DNA of 64,000 bases, taken from the IMG/VR virus record IMGVR_UViG_3300025108_000015, positions 64,001 to 128,000 of that record, one strand, 5' to 3'. Of this stretch, positions 40,429 through 50,384 are shown piece after piece (within the stretch, counting starts at the first letter, position 1; every line of letters begins with the position of its first letter). The notes beneath the pieces are model-generated. The model saw only the letters and a program-made list of their open reading frames with translations. It ran no database searches and was not told where the DNA came from. A program made the translations under genes and the position numbers. The stretch is from a virus.

Positions 40429-40501
40429 GCGAAAGTAGCTCAGCTGGTAGAGCATCACCTTGCCAAGGTGGGGGTCGCGAGTTCGAATCTCGTCTTTCGC
40501 T
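40429..40501 (+). tRNA. tRNA-Gly(GCC), canonical
   Basis: TCACC-TTGCCAA-GGTGG, GAGTTCGAATCTC, U73. Confidence 0.95.
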
Positions 40502-40805
40502 CTAAGATTCTTAATGAACAAGAAAGAACACATATCTAAACTTTGGAATAAGAAAGACGTATCTGATATAATTCTGATGATGTATACTCTTATAGAAAAT
40601 ACTGATTGGGATGTAACTGAGAAGAAGAAGTCATACGCTGTATTGAAGGGTATAATTGCATACACTGATAGGGGTGATGACTTGTTATCACATCATAGAG
40701 ATTACTTACACAAAGAATGGAGTGATGCTTGGGAAGACCAAATAGATAACTCAGCAAGAGAAGAAATAAAAGAGTGGTTATTAGGACCAGCACTTTAATA
40801 AGAAT

Positions 40806-41240
40806 ATGATACATTGGTTTTATGGACAGCCAGGAAGTGGTAAGACCACACTGGCTAAAGCTATGATAAGTAACTCACCTCAATTGGAGTTTAAGAAACA
40901 CATACATATTGATGGTGATGAAATGAGAACTATCTTTAATAATAAAGATTACTCAAAAGAAGGTAGGTTGAATAACTTACGTAATGTTAATAATATAGCA
41001 AGATTCTTAGAATACAAAGGGTACGATGTATTCGTATCAGTTGTTGCTCCTTACAATGATATACGTGATGAGCTAAGGGATTTAGATATTAATTACTATT
41101 ACGTACATACAACTGAAACGAGGGGTCGTGAAGATTACTTTGCGTCTGATTTTGAATTCAACGACTCTGATATTAAAATTAACACAACAAACAAATCAGT
41201 TACTGAATCATTAAATGAAGTATTCACTATTCATAGGTAG
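40806..41240 (+). CDS. cysC: Adenylyl-sulfate (APS) kinase-like
   Basis: WFYGQPGSGKTT, IDGDEMR, DYSKEGR..N, VSVVAPY...R, YVHT. Confidence 0.75.
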   Translation: MIHWFYGQPGSGKTTLAKAMISNSPQLEFKKHIHIDGDEMRTIFNNKDYSKEGRLNNLRNVNNIARFLEYKGYDVFVSVVAPYNDIRDELRDLDINYYYVHTTETRGREDYFASDFEFNDSDIKINTTNKSVTESLNEVFTIHR

Positions 41241-41565
41241 GTGGCAACCATGGCACGAAGGTCATCAATGGTTAATTGACCAAGAGTTAAATAAAGGTAA
41301 TAACGTTTGTCTTGCTATACGAGATGTGGAGGTTGATGAGAATAACCCATGGACCGCTAAACGTATACAAATGAGATTGGGTCACATTCACTACGACTTG
41401 ATAACTCAAGGTAGAATTAAAACTGTTATTATTCCTGACATACAATCGGTTAACTATGGTAGAGGTGTGGGTTATGACATAAATGAACACGTGCCACCAC
41501 AAGAGGTATCCGACATATCAGCTACTAAGATTCGAGAACAAATGAAAAAAGATGGTAAGTTATAA
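41215..41565 (+). CDS. Small HxGH-class nucleotidyltransferase
   Basis: FIGRWQPWHEGH and ISATKIRE. Confidence 0.8.
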   Translation: MKYSLFIGRWQPWHEGHQWLIDQELNKGNNVCLAIRDVEVDENNPWTAKRIQMRLGHIHYDLITQGRIKTVIIPDIQSVNYGRGVGYDINEHVPPQEVSDISATKIREQMKKDGKL

Positions 41566-41951
41566 TGGAATTAATATCAACACATCCAGTTAAGAAATCT
41601 GATTTAGGATTTCATGCTAATCTATTTGGTGGTAAGTTACTTGCTTGGTTAGATGCAGCTGGGGCTGCGTTTGCATCTCAAGTATGTGACACTCCACGAG
41701 TCGTTACTATTAAGATAGACGAGTGTTTATTTAAACGACCAGCACGTGAGGGTCAGTTAATTAAGATATATGGTAGTGTTGCTGAGATAGGGACCACTTC
41801 GGTTACATTGTATATGGAAGCAAGAGCACATAACGTATACTCAGGTAATCAATCAGTTATACTATCTACAAACATAAAATTCGTAAGGGTAGATGAAAAT
41901 GGTGATTCAATACCTATATCGGATAGAGTTCGTGATAAATTTAAAAAATAG
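41565..41951 (+). CDS. Acyl-CoA thioesterase (HotDog fold)
   Basis: HANLFGGKLLAWLD, VVT, F..P...G, IGTTS. Confidence 0.85.
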   Translation: MELISTHPVKKSDLGFHANLFGGKLLAWLDAAGAAFASQVCDTPRVVTIKIDECLFKRPAREGQLIKIYGSVAEIGTTSVTLYMEARAHNVYSGNQSVILSTNIKFVRVDENGDSIPISDRVRDKFKK

Positions 41952-41987
41952 ATGTTGATAACTTTGTGGATAACTTAGTATTTATAC

Positions 41988-42122
41988 ATGATGAAAAAAA
42001 CAAAAGACACATTACAAAAAAAAGAGTTTACCATTCAAGAGATATGGCAGGCTATGCGTGGTAATGTACATAAAAGTAAAAAACAATATACGCGTAAGGC
42101 TAAACATAAGAAAAACTTATAG
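41988..42122 (+). CDS. Small basic protein (44 aa, not in track), ArfA-like tail
   Basis: ...AMRGNVHKSKKQYTRKAKHKKNL; read by hand. Confidence 0.5.
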   Translation: MMKKTKDTLQKKEFTIQEIWQAMRGNVHKSKKQYTRKAKHKKNL

Positions 42123-42475
42123 TTTGCGTTACATCGTTAGTGATTTCTAAGTCACTAACTTTCTTATTTAGATTCGTTCTAAATTTAAGATTAATTCAAA
42201 TACTTCTTGGCATTTCGGATTTTTATTCGTATCTTTACATAGTAAAGAGAGATAATTAATAAAGAATAAAAAATGAAAAAATCAATCAACGTAAGTCAAG
42301 AGAATTCAAAAATGTTAGGTGGTAAGTTATATATCACCGGTTTGAAAATGTCAAGATTGGGAGCCAAACTCTCAGAGTCTATCGTCAAGGGTAATACAAT
42401 CAATCACCCTACAATGGGTCTAATGTATGAATACAATGGTCCTTACTCTCGCAAGTAAAATAGTTTCAGAAAACT

Positions 42476-42531
42476 TTAACAATTTCTTAACATTAGGAAC
42501 TTGTTTATATCGAATATATTCACTACTTTAG
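42476..42531 (+). promoter_or_regulatory. Direct-repeat promoter
   Basis: TTAACA 42476 and 42487, TTG 42501, TACTTTAG 42524. Confidence 0.8.
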
Positions 42532-42545
42532 TATAGTAATAAGAA

Positions 42546-44660
42546 ATGAGAAGTATGTCAAAAAATAATCTATCCTATTCATCGTTCTGGCTTGATGAGT
42601 CAATCTTCGATGATACTGAGATTTCTTCAGTAGAAAAGAAGTCAAATGACTTAATGAAGTTAATGTCTTACAAACGTAGTATCGCTAACTTCGTTTCCAT
42701 CGTAACTGGCAAGTCAATTCCTGTGACCTTTGATGGTCGTGGAGACCAATCCTATACTGATGGTACTGAGGTTGTTATATCGGCTAAGTTAGATGATAAA
42801 GAGTTCGACCCTGTTGTTGGTCTGGCTCTCCACGAGGGTTCTCACATCGCACTGACTGACTTTACAACACTTACGGAAATGAATCGTGGTTACCTACCTA
42901 CTACTATTGATAAAGAGTGGATGGCTAATCGTTACCAATGTGAGACTGATGAACTTAGTCACATAGTTAGTAACAATCTAAAATCACTTCTTAACTACGT
43001 TGAAGATAGACGTATTGATAATCACGTTTACACTACGGCGCCTGGCTATCGTGGTTACTACGAGTCTATGTACGATAAGTACTTTCACTCTAAGGTAATT
43101 GACAAAGGTCTTGAGTCTTCTGAGTATCGTACTGAGGATTGGGATTCTTATATGTTCCGTATCATCAACTTGACTAACGAGAATCGTGACCTCGATGCTC
43201 TTAAAGGTCTTCGTGAGATTTGGAATGTACTTAATCTACGTAACATATCACGACTAAAATCATCGTGGGAAGCTATGGATGTGGCTGGTGAGATTCTTAT
43301 GATTGTTGAAAAACAACTTGAGGTTGCCGGTAGTGATACTGGCTCATCGTCTAATGGTGATGGTGAACCACAAGGTGGTGATAGTGAAAATGGTGAGTCA
43401 CCTATGAGTGGTGACACTGAGAATAACCCCACTTCTGATGATGGTATGAGTTCTAATGGAAATGGTGAAACATCACCAAGTGACTCCGATGATGGTTCAG
43501 ATTCAGATGATGAGTCTACACAAGGTGGGTCTCCAAGTGGTGAAGGTAATCCTAATGGGGCTGGTGGTCAATATGAACCACTCTCAGACCGCCAAAAGAA
43601 AATGTTGGATAACGCTATTGAAAAACAAAAAGAGTTTCAAGAAGGTGATGTTAAGAAGAAGAAGATTTCCAAGTCTGACAAGAATAAGATTGACCAATTA
43701 GATAAGGCTGATATCAAGTCTGAGGTTACTGGTAAGGGATTCGCCAAAAGTAATTGGTCGGTTGGTTCCAATGGAGTTCAAACCTACATTATTAACAATT
43801 TAACCCGTGGGTTAATTGATTCGGATATGGTGGGTATGTTGACTAATTCGGAATACAGAACCAGTGGTAGTGATAAGTATATCAAGAAGGGTATTCAGTT
43901 GGGTACTATTCTTGGTAAGAAACTCAAGACTCGTAATGAGGAACGTGTCCTCACTACCCCACGAATGAAGAGTGGTAAGTTGAGTAGTCGTATGATTCAT
44001 GAGATTGGGTTTGGTAACTTCGATATCTTTGAACAAACTTTAATAAGTAACGCTACACCGATTGTATTACATATTTCAATTGACGCGAGTTCATCAATGA
44101 ATGGGTCAAAATGGAATAGTACACAAACCGCTGCTGTGGCTATTGCTAAGGCGGCTTCGATGACTGACAACATTGATGTTGTTATTTCGTACCGAGGTAT
44201 CTACTACTCACCAGGCAATTGGAGTAAGTGTCAACCACTAATGTTGATTGCATATGATAGTCGTAAAGATAAGTTCTCAAAGATTCAACAATTATTTAAA
44301 CACATTCAATCCGATGGTACTACTCCTGAGGGATTGTGTTATGAGGCTGTGATGAATGAGATTACTAAAACCAAATCAGGTGTGGACACATACCTAATAA
44401 ACTTCTCAGATGGTTTTCCTGGTTTTGATAACCAAGAGATTTCTTATGGGGGTCAAGCCGCCAGAAAACATACGGCAGAGCAAGTGTCTAAAATGAGAAA
44501 GGCTGGAGTTAAGGTGTTGTCATATTTCATATCCGAATGGGAGGGGCATGGTACTGATGGGTTTAAACAAATGTATGGAAACGATGCTGAATTTATTGAC
44601 ACCAATAATATGACCCAACTGGCTAAGACCTTAAATAAGAAGTTTGAAGTTGTTATTTAA
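42546..44660 (+). CDS. Metallopeptidase-like + vWA (MIDAS) domain protein (CobT-like)
   Basis: LALHEGSH, NYVEDRRID, acidic Gly/Ser linker, ISIDASSSM (DxSxS), GTTPEG, FSDG. Confidence 0.8.
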   Translation: MRSMSKNNLSYSSFWLDESIFDDTEISSVEKKSNDLMKLMSYKRSIANFVSIVTGKSIPVTFDGRGDQSYTDGTEVVISAKLDDKEFDPVVGLALHEGSHIALTDFTTLTEMNRGYLPTTIDKEWMANRYQCETDELSHIVSNNLKSLLNYVEDRRIDNHVYTTAPGYRGYYESMYDKYFHSKVIDKGLESSEYRTEDWDSYMFRIINLTNENRDLDALKGLREIWNVLNLRNISRLKSSWEAMDVAGEILMIVEKQLEVAGSDTGSSSNGDGEPQGGDSENGESPMSGDTENNPTSDDGMSSNGNGETSPSDSDDGSDSDDESTQGGSPSGEGNPNGAGGQYEPLSDRQKKMLDNAIEKQKEFQEGDVKKKKISKSDKNKIDQLDKADIKSEVTGKGFAKSNWSVGSNGVQTYIINNLTRGLIDSDMVGMLTNSEYRTSGSDKYIKKGIQLGTILGKKLKTRNEERVLTTPRMKSGKLSSRMIHEIGFGNFDIFEQTLISNATPIVLHISIDASSSMNGSKWNSTQTAAVAIAKAASMTDNIDVVISYRGIYYSPGNWSKCQPLMLIAYDSRKDKFSKIQQLFKHIQSDGTTPEGLCYEAVMNEITKTKSGVDTYLINFSDGFPGFDNQEISYGGQAARKHTAEQVSKMRKAGVKVLSYFISEWEGHGTDGFKQMYGNDAEFIDTNNMTQLAKTLNKKFEVVI

Positions 44661-44671
44661 TGTTGATAACT

Positions 44672-44727
44672 TTAACATAAACTTAACATTAAAAGTTTGG
44701 ATTTATAAAATAAATGTCGTACTTTAG
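44672..44727 (+). promoter_or_regulatory. Direct-repeat promoter
   Basis: TTAACA 44672 and 44683, TTG 44697, TACTTTAG 44720. Confidence 0.8.
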
Positions 44728-44961
44728 TACTGTAAGATTGAGAGATATGAGAAAGACAATTGAAGTAAAAAAAGTTTTAGATTACGTTAACAACCAACTC
44801 CAACGTACTGATGAGTATTGCGATGATAAGTTCAAAGCAGGTATGTGTACAATGATTGAACGAATGTTGTATGATACCAATCAGTATAATGGGTACACCC
44901 CATTGAATGATGTTAATGTAGGTGAGGTTGGTTATTACAATCGGTTTTATCATATGAAAAG

Positions 44962-45017
44962 TTAACATAAACTTAACATTAAAAGTTTGGAGTTGTGAAC
45001 CTAAATCACTATATTTA
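44962..45017 (+). promoter_or_regulatory. Direct-repeat promoter
   Basis: TTAACA 44962 and 44973, TTG 44987, TATATTTA 45010. Confidence 0.8.
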
Positions 45018-45045
45018 CAGAGTAATAATTGAGAAATATAAAAAT

Positions 45046-46311
45046 ATGAAGTCACAAAAATCAGTTTTCGGTAAGATTGTAGAAGTAGACAATCAACTAA
45101 TGTTTCAAGACTCCAATGGAGTTAACTTCCTTATTGAGGAATTAAACGAGAAGGGTTCTTCTCTTTACAAACGTGCCAGAGCGGCCGCCAACAATCCTGC
45201 TAAGTGGGGATGGAAGGTTCGTGTCGTTGGTCGATTGTCCGATGGTGAGTTAGGACACACACGTGTTCCATCATCAAAGGTTGAAGATAACCTTGAGCCT
45301 GTTGGTAACTTCAACAATCCAAATGGTGGGTTGTTATCATTGGAGTATAAACCAAAATCACAATCAACACCAATTTCAGTTGAGATGTCAGATGATGTCC
45401 TCAAGTTTATTCACGAGGAGTCTGAAGGTCTTAAACCTCAGATGTTGTTTATGAATCCTTTGAAGTGGAAACTTCTTATTCGTAACATTATCCGTGGTAA
45501 GAATATTATGATGACTGGTCCAGCCGGTTGTGGTAAGACTATGGCTGCTAAGGCTGCTGCCAATTCAATTGAAGGTTACAACACCTTTGTAATTAACTTG
45601 GGAGCTACCCAAGACCCACGAACCACATTGATTGGGAACACTCAGTTTGAAACCAAGAAAGGTACGGTGTTTAACCCATCACCATTTGTCAAGGCGATAT
45701 CCACTCCAAATACCGTGGTTGTTCTTGATGAGTTGACTCGGGCCCATCCTGAGGCTCACAACATTCTAATGACCGTACTTGACCAAGGTCAACGTTACTT
45801 ACGTCTCGATGAGGCTGCTGACGCTCCTGTTGTTAAGGTCGCCGATGGTGTTTCGTTCATCGCCTCTGCTAACATTGGTAATGAGTACACCGCTACACGT
45901 TCTCTTGACCGGGCAATTCTTGACCGATTCATTCCAATTGAAATGGATACTTTGACTCGTGATGAGGAAACTCAACTACTTCAAATGATGTACCCATCGG
46001 TTGATATTGAGATTCTAAATAATGTTGCTGAGGTGACTTCCATGACTCGTAACGAGTTGATGTCTGAGTCTCCAAAGTTATCTAACGCACTATCTACACG
46101 GACCGCAGTTGAGATTGGGTCTCTACTCTACGATGGGTTCTCACTAAGTGAGGCTGCAGAGTTGGCTGTTTATCCAATGTTCGACCAAAGTGGTGGGGCT
46201 GAATCTGAAAGAGTTTATATGAAACAATATGTTCAGAAGTTCTTAGGTGAGATTCCTCAAGATGATAACTTGTTCAATGTTGAAACCGAAGATATTTCTA
46301 ATCCGTTTTAA
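45046..46311 (+). CDS. MoxR-family AAA+ ATPase (CobS/NirQ-like)
   Basis: MTGPAGCGKT, VVLDELTR, FIASAN, LDRAILDRF, STR; start likely 45046. Confidence 0.85.
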   Translation: MKSQKSVFGKIVEVDNQLMFQDSNGVNFLIEELNEKGSSLYKRARAAANNPAKWGWKVRVVGRLSDGELGHTRVPSSKVEDNLEPVGNFNNPNGGLLSLEYKPKSQSTPISVEMSDDVLKFIHEESEGLKPQMLFMNPLKWKLLIRNIIRGKNIMMTGPAGCGKTMAAKAAANSIEGYNTFVINLGATQDPRTTLIGNTQFETKKGTVFNPSPFVKAISTPNTVVVLDELTRAHPEAHNILMTVLDQGQRYLRLDEAADAPVVKVADGVSFIASANIGNEYTATRSLDRAILDRFIPIEMDTLTRDEETQLLQMMYPSVDIEILNNVAEVTSMTRNELMSESPKLSNALSTRTAVEIGSLLYDGFSLSEAAELAVYPMFDQSGGAESERVYMKQYVQKFLGEIPQDDNLFNVETEDISNPF

Positions 46312-47879
46312 TCATGGGATATAATCCGTTCAGATGGTATACTAAAGGAAAGAAAAAGCGTTTACCCATTAACGCTCACTTGTTTGACAAGATTAAGAAT
46401 GGGGACTTCAATTATTCTCACTATTACACGGAAGCGGAGAGTGCTCGTAAAGAGTACTCTTCCATCTTCCAAAAGACAATGGATGAGACCGGCGACTACG
46501 CTATGGCTAGAACGGCTGCTAAGATGAAAAACGTAAAGGCCTTGAAACTTGACGAAGAAGCGTTTAAGGATGAACAAAAGTTATTACGTGATTTGAAGAT
46601 TGAATTAAGAGAGAAGTTTGGATTTTGTTTGTGGGATGAGATGATGAGTAAAAAAGCAATGGACCTTGAGGAGTTGTATAATTACTATTGTCACGAACAA
46701 ATGAGACGAAATGGTTTGGATGTTTAATATTTTTTTTGTATATTTGTATATATGATTTACGACCCTAATAATGAATTAACCGAAGAAGAGATAACTCAAT
46801 TGAGTGAAGATGCATTCTTCGAGTATTTAGATACCAAAGCAGAGTATCTTAAAACAAAGACACGACCATTGGGTCAGTATCATACTAAGATGTATGCAGC
46901 ATTAAGTAAAGGTGATAAGTTGACAACTAAGGAGTTGAAGAGAGCAAAAGAAATTGGTCAGTTAGGTGACAATGAAGTTAACGAAAAGATTGCTGAGGCC
47001 GCTTCTAAATTGGGTGGCGACCCTAAGTATAACAACGTTGATAACGTAAAGACTAATAGGTCAGAGTGGTTTGATTAGTATGGGATTTAATAAAAAAACA
47101 TTACCAAGTAAGGAAAAACTTCAGAGTATGGTTTATGACTATGGAACTGAAGAGGTTGTACTTAGATATAAAAACGCAGATATGTTAATGGGTAATTCCG
47201 ATGCTATGGCGTATTTACAAACTATAATAAGAGAGTATGAATTGGGAAGATAAAGACGAGTTCGAAGATATGTTTTCCGAAGTTAGAAAGCAACTATATA
47301 AAGATGATTTTTTTCATTTAATGAATATTGAACACATTGAGAAGTTCCTTGAGTATTTAAGAGATGACTTGTCCAATTCCAATGACGATGACTTATTGTC
47401 CGATGTTCTTATGAAAACTTTTAGGACATATGAAATGTGGGAGACTGATAACGCATTATCTGAATTATCAGACAAGGGGTTGGTACGGATGGTATTACGT
47501 GCGGATGGTAAGTTGGCTTACGAAGCAACTGACGATGGTGTAGAACTCAATGACTATATTCAATCTATGGCAAGTCATATGGATTATAGAGAAGATAATC
47601 AAACAGACTATATTATGGATTTAAAATATTCACCTGAAATATTTAGAGTAACTGGTGCTGATGATGCATTAAAATTTGTTGACCATGGAGATAACTTTGA
47701 GTTCATTGTTATCCCCGCTGGAAGACAACACGATGGTGAAGAGTTCGTTGAATTCTATCATACAATTTTCACTCATTATAATGATCCTGGCCCTAATGGT
47801 CAGTATGAGTTAGTAGACGAGGTTCAGCTCTACGATATGTTAAACAATAATTATAATCAATATTAAATAAAAGTAAATT

Positions 47880-48080
47880 ATGAGTTATTACATTGCAAAA
47901 GTAAAGGTTCATCATGAAGATGACAAAGGAAGAGTTAAAAAAGTAACTGAACAATATTTAGTTCAAGCCATATCTGTAACGGATGCTGAAACTAAGGTTG
48001 TTGCTGAATTCGAAGGAAGTAATTTAGAGTTCGAGGTAACTGCTGTCGTTGACACTAAAATTATCAGTGTTATACAATGA
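47880..48080 (+). CDS. DUF4494-like protein
   Basis: KVKV...GRVKKVTEQYLVQA.S.T.AE.KV..E..G..EFEV. Confidence 0.7.
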   Translation: MSYYIAKVKVHHEDDKGRVKKVTEQYLVQAISVTDAETKVVAEFEGSNLEFEVTAVVDTKIISVIQ

Positions 48081-49776
48081 TATACTCAGTAGGTGATAAT
48101 GTAGTAGTAAACGTGAACGGCACTAACCGAGTTGGTGCCGTCACGATTGCTAAAAAGCTTAAAAAGGGGTGGGTCTATTCAGTACATTTGGAAAATGGAA
48201 AGACGCTTGAATCATGTTCGGTTAACAAAGAGTTGACAACGTATCACATAAGTCGTACACTTACAAAGATATTTAATAATGGTAATTGATGTTAAGAAAT
48301 TTAAATCTTTAAAACGTAAGGTCTTAAAGAAGTACCCATCCGCTAAAACTGAAATGACCACTGATGGTCGTTTTACAATATCAAATGGAAATGGTGGTTC
48401 TATTGGTTTAGAGTTTATGATACCACCACAAGACAGTGTTAGTATGGCGTGGTTTTGGGCAGCAGAGTGTGTTAGGTATAAGCAAAATATTAATAGAACA
48501 CACCCCATACGAAGTGCTATGAGTTTTAACGAGAAAAAGTTTAATAGAGTTTCTCGTAGAAATCGCAGAAAGTGATTTTATTAAAGTTGTGAAAACTATT
48601 TATAGTAAATAAACAATTTCTATATAATGAAAAAGCACAACAATAAACAACGTGGGTTTGTAAACCAATCTTATGGAGTTACAGAAAGTGAGGTCGTTCG
48701 ACAGGCCAAAGCTTATGGTAAAAATTATAGTTCAATAGACTTCGCTTTTAATCCTGATTTAACAAAGGAAGATTTTCCTATAAAAAATCGTATGGAGCTT
48801 GGGTCGTTAATAGTGGGTAACCATGAAATTGAATTAACAAAGTCGGAAGCAACGAAGATTATTCAAACATTGGAAACTGCTATATCTTCGACTCAACAAC
48901 GATATCGGTTAGGTATTTTAAACTAAAATTTAAAAGTGGGTGATGATGTAATTTCAAGGATACTAACTTCAACGTTGGATACCACTGACCATGGAGATGT
49001 TTCTGAATTAGCATTATTTTTAGATGATGGGGTCTCTACAATCTTAACGGAACGTAAAGACCCTTACTTCACCATAGCTAAGCAAAAGATAAAACAACTC
49101 ATTACCTTTGCGGACGAATCCCCCTCAGTAGATTACACTAACAAAATGATTAAGAGTCTACTTAGATTGGAGTCTTACATAGCGGACCAAACAATGGATT
49201 TGGTATTTGTTGAAATTTGTTTAGAGTGTGCTAGGGATAAAAATATAATAACACGAGAGGCTTTAATTTTATTAAATGAGATACATAACTCAATTAATAG
49301 ATAGTTATAGTAAACGGAAGGGATATTGGTGTTATTATGGAAAATTATTTTGGAGAATGGCATTGGGATGAATCTGAATATAACTTCTTTATGTCACTTG
49401 GGGTTGTAGCCAAATTAGAATACGTATACGATTACTTTAATATATCGGATGACGTTCTTTTTGAGTTTGAGGTTGACGATGAATTTGACATTGACGATGA
49501 ACATACATCAGCTACGTCTATTGATGTAGTTATTACTGATACACATTTTCTTTTAACGTGTAATGACTATGATATAGCTATGAAAACAATAAGCACGTTT
49601 CAAATGGATGGTTATATATTGACGTTTGATAAGAAAAAAGGTGACACTTATTTCTATAAATGTATAGGAATGTCACAACCACTATCGGTAAACTGACATC
49701 GTGTCATGAAATAATCAATTGGTCTACATATTGTTCTATTGTTAATGTATTAATAAATTAATAAAAGGAATATAAT

Positions 49777-50121
49777 ATGACGTTTAATAGACTAAACACA
49801 ATGGTCTCCGACTTTATGTTGGGGGAGTGGGGGAATGAAGCAGGCCTTAATTCAAATACTGCTTTTTTAAAAGATGATGTACTAACTATGGAATTCGCAG
49901 TGCCTGGATTGTCCAATGAAGACATCGATGTTATTGTTGCTGACCGAATGATTGAAATCAAAGCTGAAAAGGAACATCGTAAATTGGAAAAGAGATACAA
50001 GATACATGATGCGTTTGATATAAATAAAACATCTGCTGTTGCTAAGGATGGGTTACTTATTGTATCAATACCTAAGTATGAGGACCGTAAGGCTAAATCG
50101 ATAAAAGTAAAAGTTAAATAG
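49777..50121 (+). CDS. Small heat-shock protein (Hsp20)
   Basis: FAVPG...EDIDV, IEIKA, A...DGLLIVSIPK. Confidence 0.85.
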   Translation: MTFNRLNTMVSDFMLGEWGNEAGLNSNTAFLKDDVLTMEFAVPGLSNEDIDVIVADRMIEIKAEKEHRKLEKRYKIHDAFDINKTSAVAKDGLLIVSIPKYEDRKAKSIKVKVK

Positions 50122-50309
50122 TGTATAGATTCTTCAGGTCGCAAAAAGTTACGTTTAATGATAAGTTGTTCATCGTGGTTAAAAAAATTAAAATTGACCG
50201 AAATCCGATAATTGATGTATGGAAGGAACACCTTAACGCTGATACTGTTTTAAAAAGAGATGGATACTATTGGTTTTGTGAGGAAATTCCTTCAATTGAC
50301 TTTGAAGAA

Positions 50310-50365
50310 TTAACATAAATTTAACATAGGGGGCTTGTATAGTCCCCTTTTTTTTTGTACATTTA
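50310..50365 (+). promoter_or_regulatory. Direct-repeat promoter overlapping a terminator
   Basis: TTAACA 50310 and 50321, TTG 50335, TACATTTA 50358. Confidence 0.75.
50328..50356 (+). terminator. Intrinsic terminator
   Basis: AGGGGGCT-TGTAT-AGTCCCCT followed by T8. Confidence 0.75.
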
Positions 50366-50384
50366 CATAGTAAATAAGAAACAT

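Noticed and set aside
3440-50384. Track start sites at 3440, 19263, 23966, 37921, 44995 and 50355
   Set aside because: They extend into upstream genes or promoters. Downstream ATGs (3467, 19317, 24095, 37957, 45046, 50385) fit domain starts and promoter positions.
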